From the NCBI GenBank assembly GCA_964653435.1, contig CAZZFA010000013.1, positions 7,407 to 71,406 of the forward strand: DNA of 64,000 bases, read 5' to 3'. Position 1 is the stretch's first letter; each line of letters begins with the position of its first letter. The stretch is from an uncultured Planctomycetales bacterium. GTDB lineage: Bacteria > Planctomycetota > Phycisphaerae > UBA1845 > PWPN01. Positions 57,509 to 64,000 of this stretch are shown piece by piece. A program made the position numbers and the translations under genes. Below the pieces are notes generated by a model. The model was not told where the DNA came from and ran no database searches. It saw nothing but the letters and a program-made list of their open reading frames with translations.

Positions 57509-58689
57509 GACTGCACCACAGTGACTCGCGAGGCGTTGTCCAGGCGATACGTAACACCTCGCCACGTAACCTGAGATCGGAACAGGGAGACGACGACGTT
57601 CAGCATGAACAGCAGCACGGCCGCGGGGGCGACCAGAAGATACCAGGGTGCTCCGCGCCGGACGACGTTCCGAGGCCGACCCTTCAGCATGCGCAGGGCC
57701 GTCGTAAGGATGAACGGCGATGTAAGGAAGCTTGCGTACAGGGGGAAGAAACAGGCGACCGCGAATGCCGATATGCCGAATCGGACGATCGAATGTGCGC
57801 CGATCGCGACGAATGCGATTGTCAGGGCGTATGTGGATGCGGAAAGCGTCCAGAAATCCCTGGTATAGACGCGGGCGATAATAGTCTGACGGTTCGTCCA
57901 CTCGATCGTCTCGAGCGTTCCCGAATCCTCCTCCGATGCGACGAGGCACTGCGGCACAAACCGTATGGGTAGCCCGCGGCGACGCAGGGCATGCGTTAGG
58001 CCCATGTCGTCGCTGATGCTGTGTTGCCACGCGGAAACAATGTCCGAGGATTCGAAGGTTTCCCGGCGGATCGCCATGGCGCCGCCCCAGGCGTAGTTGT
58101 ACTTCGGATGCGTTAGAAACAGGATGCCCCCGGCGTTCCAGGTGCTTCGGAGCCAGCTTCCGAATCCGCCGCGGACCGGGACATACCAGCGGTAACCGGT
58201 CGAGGCGCCGATCTTCGGGTCCACAAGGGGATCCACGAGGTGCCGGAGAAAACCGCGATCGGGGCGGCCGTCGGAATCGACAAACACCAGCACCTCCGTG
58301 CTCTCTCGGACCTCGCGAAGCGCACGAAGCTGATTGTTCACCTTCTGGCCGCGCTCGAGGGACAGGCCCGCGTGCACCAGCTTCGCCGGCACCTTGGCAT
58401 TGCGCTGAATGAGTCTGCGTATCGCCGGGCAGGCCTCGTCCTCTGCGGTGGCCGTGGCGAAGATGATCTCGAAATCAGGGTAGTCCTGGTCGAAGATCGC
58501 CTGAATGTTCTCCTCAAAGCCGGGATCAAGTCCCCTGCACGGAAGAATGACGCTGATCCTGGGCGTGTAACAGGTCGGCGGCCGGGCCAACTCGCGGAGC
58601 ACATACCGGCGGAATCGCATCGCGAGCATTATCGGCAACGCCCCGAGCGCGATGGCTGTCGTAGCGAGAACTACGCCTGACCCGTTCAT
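57505..58689 (-). CDS. GT2 glycosyltransferase, ceramide-glucosyltransferase/HpnI-like
   Basis: ISVILPCRGLD, GQKVNNQ, VFVDSD, WGGAMAIRRE, SDDMGL and EWTNRQ (QxxRW-like). Confidence 0.85.
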   Translation of the reverse strand: MNGSGVVLATTAIALGALPIMLAMRFRRYVLRELARPPTCYTPRISVILPCRGLDPGFEENIQAIFDQDYPDFEIIFATATAEDEACPAIRRLIQRNAKVPAKLVHAGLSLERGQKVNNQLRALREVRESTEVLVFVDSDGRPDRGFLRHLVDPLVDPKIGASTGYRWYVPVRGGFGSWLRSTWNAGGILFLTHPKYNYAWGGAMAIRRETFESSDIVSAWQHSISDDMGLTHALRRRGLPIRFVPQCLVASEEDSGTLETIEWTNRQTIIARVYTRDFWTLSASTYALTIAFVAIGAHSIVRFGISAFAVACFFPLYASFLTSPFILTTALRMLKGRPRNVVRRGAPWYLLVAPAAVLLFMLNVVVSLFRSQVTWRGVTYRLDNASRVTVVQS

Positions 58690-58882
58690 CAAACCCCGCC
58701 TCGGCCCGTTCGTGGCCCTCAATCGCCGCAGAACCAAGGACGGTCAGTCTTCGGCGGTTGGCTCGTGCAATACCCCGGCGACACTCGGTTTGACAGTGCG
58801 ATCCCGCTTCCTGGAATCGGAGCGTCTGCTTCGCACTTTATCTGAATCCAGGGCAGGGGCCAATCTTTTCACTTCGACATCG

Positions 58883-58910
58883 AGGATAGCGCGTCAATAA
58901 CCGGTGTCAA
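58883..58910 (-). promoter_or_regulatory. Putative sigma70 promoter of the GT2-acyltransferase pair
   Basis: Minus strand TTGACA, 16-nt spacer, TATCCT; GTCAAT occurs twice 13 nt apart across the -35 region. Confidence 0.55.
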
Positions 58911-59337
58911 TCCGATAATACCGCGTGCCCTTGACTGCCTTGTCCCTCGCCGGCATGGTACGGGGGATCCGGCACGGTCAAGATTCCTCCCGACCGGGTG
59001 TTCCCCCGAGAATCATTTTATTGAAATTCGCTGTTTTTTTGTTGAACACGAAGAGGTCTCCAGGCTTAGAATATGGCTGAAGCGGGCGTCTCGCATCGCG
59101 TCGTCGAAGGGGCCTATCGGCGTGGTACGGCGCGTGAGTCGCCGCGCAAGCGAGCGTGGTCGGGCAGCAACCACAACGGGTCTTTTTCGGGGTCGGATTG
59201 TCGGTGGCAGGCAACAGGGCTTGCGGCTGACGGAGTGACCGTGAGCGCGTCGGCGGTTCCGCGCGGCGCGCTCGATGCCGGTCCAGGTGTCGGGGCCGTC
59301 ACCCAGAGTGCGGCCCACGGAACAAAGGAGCTGCTTC

Positions 59338-61713
59338 ATGCCATCCGTGACTCGGAGTGTGGTTCTGAGCGTTGCGGCGGTTGCGATGCTTGCTGCTGCA
59401 GCCGCAGCCGAGACGTGTCCCTTCTACTGGTTCGCGGGGGACAGTAACCGGCTGATCGGCGATCCTCGTCGGGGGACGGACGAGATCTACATCAACTCGG
59501 CCGGTACGTACCTGACCCCGGCGAACATCAAGAACGGCGTGCCGGTCGGCATCGGTCAGGTGCCCGGTCAGATCGAATCGCTGCGTGCCGGCGGCGGGGG
59601 GTACGTGGGTGTCAACGTCCCGCAGCCGTGCGACGTGTCCGGCGTGCCGGCGGATGGGCGGGCGGGCCTGGTTAATCCGATTCCGCCTCTTCCGGCAACC
59701 TACGGTGTGCCCGGCCGGATGTGGGGTGTGCGGGCCGGTGTCGCGGTTCAGTGGCAGACGGTCCAGGACGGCGCATCGCGGCTGCTGAATCCGCTCGGAA
59801 TGGTCAGCGGGCAAGCCTACCGGATAACGCCTGCCACGTTGTTCTCTGTAGCGTTCGGCATGGATCCCGGTGGGGCCGTGACGATCGTTACGCCCGCCGA
59901 CGCAGGCGGCGCGCCCGGATCGGCAGTCGGCGACGGCATCGCGGACTTCCTTGGCTGGGTGCGGAATCTGAACAACCCCGGCCAGTTGATCACGGGCTAC
60001 GGGATCAAGGCGTGGGATCGGGCCATGATCGACGGCTACTTTGCGGCCGACCCGGATGCCTTCGGGGTCGGCGTTACGCCGGCGCAGGTTCATTCGGCGC
60101 TCACTGCCCGCGTCGACGTGTGGTGCGGCGGCGAACTCTTCGATCCGGTCACGGGGGTGTTCGACGCGCGGAACTTCAATCACAACGGTGGAACGTATGC
60201 ACAGCCGGGCGACGAACTCAACGATGCGGTGGACGGCGCGCTACTTCTGACGGGCGAACTCTCGAACATCCAGATCCAGAACGTCTGGACCGCGCAGATC
60301 CTGCTCGATGCGAGGGGGAACCCCGTTTTGGCGAATGGCCAGTTTGTAGCCGTGCCCGGCACGGTCCGGCGGACGATCAAGGCGCAGGGCGATATCCGTT
60401 GGGACGGCGGCTCGCTTTTTGGTTCCCTTGCCAATGCGAACGGCGTCTTCAGCGTCAACTGGAACGACATCCCATTTACGAATGTAGACACGGCTACCAA
60501 CGGCACCCACGCTGTAGTGACGGCCTATGACTTCGTGGGCGATGCGATCACGTCCTACGATGCGTCGGTGACGTTTGAGCTGGCCCGGTGCAAGCTGGAG
60601 GTCAGCAAGACCTGCGAGCCGTCGTACAAGCGGACGTGGGATTGGGACATTACCAAGGAGTGCACGCCTTCGTCGTTGCGTCTGTCGCCGGGAGAGAGCT
60701 ATCCGATCGACGTCGCGATCAAGGTCTGCGAGAAGGGCTACACCGACAGCGACTTCGCCGTGAGCGGCAAGATCACGGTCAAGAACCCCTGCTCCGATGA
60801 CGCGGTGATCGAGGGCATCTCCGACATCGTGTCGCCCGACATCGCAGCCACCGTCACCGAGTGCGACGGCAGCCCGGCCGTGTTCCCGTTCACCCTCCCG
60901 GCGGGGCAGACGCACGAGTGGTGCTATCACGCCGCCTTGCCGGATAAGTCCACCCGCACGAACACGGCCACCGTCACCACCACCGCCGACAGCGCCGTTG
61001 ACGGCAACGTGAGCGATCCGTGCACGATCGATTTCACCAACGTCCCGCCAGCGGACGAGATCGATGAGTGCGTCACCGTTTCGGACGAGCATTGTGTCAC
61101 TACTCCGGTAGAGATATGCGTCGGTGATACTGACCTGGTCAACGGGTGCAAGTCGTTCACGTGTCAGATCCCGGTTACCTGCGAAAACGCTCCGGAGTTC
61201 ACCGACACGGCCACGCTTGTTACGAACGACAGGAGGATTACCAGCACGGCGACGTGCGGCGTCTCCATCGAGTGCGGCGGCGGCTGCACGCTCACCTGGG
61301 GCTACTGGAAGACCCACTCCATCTACGGGCCGGCGGCGCATCCGGATGCGACGTGGTACAAACTCGGCCCGCTCGGGCCGGACACGCCCTTTTTCATCAG
61401 CGGCCAGACGTATTACCAGGTGCTCCAGACCTCCCCGGCGGGCGGCAACGCGTACTATATCCTGGCCCACCAGTACATCGCGGCCCAGCTCAACCAGTTG
61501 GCCGGGGCCCCGATACCCGCGGATGTGCTCGATGCGTTCAACAAGGCCACCAAGCTGTTCCAGACGTACACGCCCGCGGACCTGAACAAGAAGGGCGGCT
61601 CGGCGTCGAAGATGCGCGCCGTGTTTATCGGCTACGCCGGGCTACTGGGCAGCTATAACGAGGGGCTTGTCGGTCCGGGCCATTGTGACAAGCCGGCAGT
61701 TCCCGAGACGTAG
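59338..61713 (+). CDS. Secreted multidomain protein: same unknown domain as 55269-56594, Cys/Thr-rich beta-sandwich region and GCTLTWGYWKTH domain
   Basis: AAGGAG RBS; signal peptide; long identical runs with the PEP-CTERM paralogue (NRLIGDPRRGTDEIY, FDARNFNHNGGT, GELSNIQIQN); ends in TAG. Confidence 0.88.
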   Translation: MPSVTRSVVLSVAAVAMLAAAAAAETCPFYWFAGDSNRLIGDPRRGTDEIYINSAGTYLTPANIKNGVPVGIGQVPGQIESLRAGGGGYVGVNVPQPCDVSGVPADGRAGLVNPIPPLPATYGVPGRMWGVRAGVAVQWQTVQDGASRLLNPLGMVSGQAYRITPATLFSVAFGMDPGGAVTIVTPADAGGAPGSAVGDGIADFLGWVRNLNNPGQLITGYGIKAWDRAMIDGYFAADPDAFGVGVTPAQVHSALTARVDVWCGGELFDPVTGVFDARNFNHNGGTYAQPGDELNDAVDGALLLTGELSNIQIQNVWTAQILLDARGNPVLANGQFVAVPGTVRRTIKAQGDIRWDGGSLFGSLANANGVFSVNWNDIPFTNVDTATNGTHAVVTAYDFVGDAITSYDASVTFELARCKLEVSKTCEPSYKRTWDWDITKECTPSSLRLSPGESYPIDVAIKVCEKGYTDSDFAVSGKITVKNPCSDDAVIEGISDIVSPDIAATVTECDGSPAVFPFTLPAGQTHEWCYHAALPDKSTRTNTATVTTTADSAVDGNVSDPCTIDFTNVPPADEIDECVTVSDEHCVTTPVEICVGDTDLVNGCKSFTCQIPVTCENAPEFTDTATLVTNDRRITSTATCGVSIECGGGCTLTWGYWKTHSIYGPAAHPDATWYKLGPLGPDTPFFISGQTYYQVLQTSPAGGNAYYILAHQYIAAQLNQLAGAPIPADVLDAFNKATKLFQTYTPADLNKKGGSASKMRAVFIGYAGLLGSYNEGLVGPGHCDKPAVPET

Positions 61714-61980
61714 GCGGCTTCGGCTGTGGCGCTGGCCGCGGACCCCGCCGCGGAGGACCTGCCGGCGGATGTGGGCGGCCCGGACTTCGATCTCAGCGGC
61801 AGCGTCGACATCCGCGACTTCATGCACTTCCAGGACTGCTTTGCCGGGCCAAATCGCGTTCCAGCCTCGGGGTGCCGCGATTCGGACGTGGACGGCGACG
61901 GCGACGTGGACATGATGGACTTCGCCGTGTTCCAGGCGTGTTTCAACGGGCCGAACCGCCTGCCGCAGTGCCGGGCCTGA
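61714..61980 (+). other. Orphan dockerin-like module reading in frame immediately after the TAG of the preceding gene (readthrough extension or truncated tail)
   Basis: ...CCC GAG ACG TAG GCG GCT TCG... stays in frame for 88 codons to TGA 61978-61980 and encodes DFDLSGSVDIRDF..FQDCFAGPNR...DSDVDGDGDVDMMDF..FQACFNGPNRLPQC. No RBS or signal peptide of its own. Confidence 0.8.
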
Positions 61981-62061
61981 GCCAGCCCGGTCTCTGACGG
62001 CTTCCGCAGAGCACCGCGAGCGGATTGCCGGGAGCCTGTTACAGGCGACCTGAATAACGAA

Positions 62062-62110
62062 AGGGCGAGCCTCGCATCCGGTTGCGAATCGGCGGATGCG
62101 GGCTCGCCCT
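62062..62110. terminator. Long hairpin between convergent genes (likely bidirectional terminator)
   Basis: AGGGCGAGCC-T-CGCATCCG pairs with CGGATGCG-GGCTCGCCCT (18 bp, one bulge); U-rich tail on the minus strand. Confidence 0.72.
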
Positions 62111-62285
62111 GACGTTGTCGGGGCAGGCCCTGCGGCGAACGCCTCAGCCCCCGTTGCACCCGGCCGTGCAAACTCGCGTTACGAACTTCCTTGCACGCCG
62201 GTGACGACCAGGTGCCAATCCGCGTTTGTTCCACGCGCCGTCGGCAGTTGGGCCGCCGGATCGCCGGTCCCGGTGGGGCGCTGCG

Positions 62286-63941
62286 TCACCGCTCGGCCTG
62301 CAGGATCTGGCCGTCTGCCCGAAGACGCTCCTGGAGCGTTTCGAGGCTGACGCGGTGCACCGGCACCGAGGCGCTGGCCGCCAGGGCCGCCGCCACGCCC
62401 GCGCTGTGGCCGACGATCATGTAGTTCGGCTCCATGCGGAATGATGCGTACGCCACCGTGGACGCGGAGAGGCACACGGGCACGAGCAGGTTCGAACACT
62501 CGGAGTATCGGGGCAGGATCGCACGATACGGAATGTCCCACGGCTCGACCGGCTGACTCACGTAGCCTTCCATGAACGTCTCATCCTGTGCGTTCGGGAA
62601 GCGGAACGTACGCACTGAAACCCACTGTACTTCGCGGATGTCGATGTTGTACCCGGCCATCCCGATCACGTCGTGCTTACGTCGCCGTTGCTGCAGGTCG
62701 TGTTGCGTGAGGACGTATTCGCCGAGCATGCGCCGCGCCTCGCGCACGTAGAGCTGATGCGGCCAGCCGCCGGTATCCTGGAATTCGTCCTTGCACAGGC
62801 CCCACGGTGCGCAGGCGGCGCGGATCTCCTCCGGCACGGCCGGGTCGTTCTGAAGGAAGAACATCAGCCCGTGCGCCCAGCTCCGATGTTCCTCCCGGAT
62901 CTGCGCCCGCCGTTCGGGCGTCGCCTCGGGGTACTCCTGATTCGCACCGGGGAGATTCAGCGAGACCGCGCCGCTGCTGTTGGCGTCGCACTTTCCGTTC
63001 GGGATTCGCGCAAATCCCACCGGGCCACGGATTGGCTCGCCCGTGCGGTGTCGCACCGCAAGAAGATAACGCCGCAGCAGCTCATATCGGGCCGGGTCGT
63101 AGTCCTTCGGCCGTGTGATCGGCACGCGGTTCTCGGCTCGATCGGTCAGGCACAGCCGAAAACAATATGCCTGCAACCGCCCATCGCCGGTGCCCACCGG
63201 CACGAGCTTTTCCTGCGGGGTGACATATGGCAGCAATGCGCCGTCGCGCCACGGCGAGACCCCCACGACAAACTGATGGTGGCCCGGCAACAGCTCGCGG
63301 CGACCGGCGAGGGACTCATCGTATCGATCGCGTCCCTCCCGCCCGATGGTGTACGAGACGCCGGCGGCTTTCAGAAGGTCGCCTTCGTATGTGGCGTCGA
63401 TGAACACCCGCGCGCTGTATGTTGCCCCATCCCGCATCCGCAGTATACGCAGACACGTCCCGTCCACCTCGGCCGCCGCGAGCGATTGGCCGAAACGCAG
63501 TTCCACGCCCGCCTCCTGGAGCATTGTCCGGAAGACGTCTTCGGCCACGTGGGGTTCGCACGCCCAGGATATGGCCTGTCCATAGTGCCGCCCGATCCGC
63601 GTGAAGAACTCGAGTGTCAGCCCGCCGATGAGATCCTTCTGGCGGTCCACGTCGAAGCGGCCAAGCCCGCCGGACACCATCCCGCCGATGTGTCGTCCCG
63701 GTTCCAACAGGATCACCGAAGCCCCATGCCGCGCCGCCGCGATTCCGGCCATCGCGCCCGCCGCAGTACCTCCGTACACGACGACGTCCCGATCGATCGC
63801 CGCAGCGTGGAGGGGTGCCGGCGAGCTGCAGAGTGTGACGAACAGCACCACGGCGGCGAGCGTCCGCCGACCGCTGGAAACAAGACGGCCGCCGCGAAGC
63901 CAACGATGCTTGGGACGCGTGGCGGCGTGGGCACTGGACAT
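62286..63941 (-). CDS. Secreted FAD-dependent oxidoreductase (FAD_oxidored / xanthan-lyase-associated type)
   Basis: DVVVYGGTAAGAMAGIAAAR, HIGGMVSGGLG, FIDATYEGDL, LYVREARRM, NLLVPVCLSASTVAYASFRMEP. Confidence 0.88.
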   Translation of the reverse strand: MSSAHAATRPKHRWLRGGRLVSSGRRTLAAVVLFVTLCSSPAPLHAAAIDRDVVVYGGTAAGAMAGIAAARHGASVILLEPGRHIGGMVSGGLGRFDVDRQKDLIGGLTLEFFTRIGRHYGQAISWACEPHVAEDVFRTMLQEAGVELRFGQSLAAAEVDGTCLRILRMRDGATYSARVFIDATYEGDLLKAAGVSYTIGREGRDRYDESLAGRRELLPGHHQFVVGVSPWRDGALLPYVTPQEKLVPVGTGDGRLQAYCFRLCLTDRAENRVPITRPKDYDPARYELLRRYLLAVRHRTGEPIRGPVGFARIPNGKCDANSSGAVSLNLPGANQEYPEATPERRAQIREEHRSWAHGLMFFLQNDPAVPEEIRAACAPWGLCKDEFQDTGGWPHQLYVREARRMLGEYVLTQHDLQQRRRKHDVIGMAGYNIDIREVQWVSVRTFRFPNAQDETFMEGYVSQPVEPWDIPYRAILPRYSECSNLLVPVCLSASTVAYASFRMEPNYMIVGHSAGVAAALAASASVPVHRVSLETLQERLRADGQILQAER

Positions 63942-64000
63942 AACATGCCTCCCTCTATCTATGGCGAACCCGGAGTTTCGGCGCCGCCTCCGCAGGCGGC

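Noticed and set aside
61711-61713. Genome-wide amber recoding or definite pyrrolysine insertion
   Set aside because: Several genes here end normally in TAG and no pyl genes are visible; only site-specific readthrough remains a hypothesis.
1-64000. tRNA, rRNA, tmRNA, riboswitch or CRISPR loci
   Set aside because: None recognised by eye in any intergenic region; a covariance-model scan (Infernal/Rfam, tRNAscan-SE) would be needed to exclude them firmly.

Overview
A 64 kb high-GC bacterial chromosomal window, probably from a Planctomycetota/Phycisphaerae genome. That assignment is an inference from the dockerin-like C-terminal modules, DUF4159 and vWA proteins, Tat-exported oxidoreductases and the ECF sigma/anti-sigma pair. 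Housekeeping genes: ispF, cysS, ruvC-ruvA-ruvB, purB. One intact ISAs1-family element has 17-bp IRs and a 10-bp TSD with one mismatch. There is a partial surface-polysaccharide cluster (Wzx flippase, a pyruvyltransferase-GT2 fusion, two CelD/BcsL-type GNATs) and several carbohydrate/transport genes. Two candidate systems stand out. (1) A four-gene minus-strand operon (coiled-coil, FGE-fold protein without catalytic Cys, Zn-ribbon TRAFAC GTPase, GAP1-N2-like protein) lies divergent to a NifA-like sigma54 activator and resembles GTPase-centred conflict systems. (2) A set of secreted proteins carries exchangeable C-terminal modules. Three copies of a Cys-containing double DxDxDG dockerin-like module occur: on a 14-repeat RCC1 protein, on a 14-repeat LVIVD protein, and one separated from its host ORF by a single in-frame TAG at 61711-61713. 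Two paralogues share a ~400-aa unknown domain but end in PEP-CTERM versus a Cys-rich extension plus that dockerin-like module. No rRNA, tRNA or CRISPR array was recognised. All family calls come from motif recognition, not database searches.
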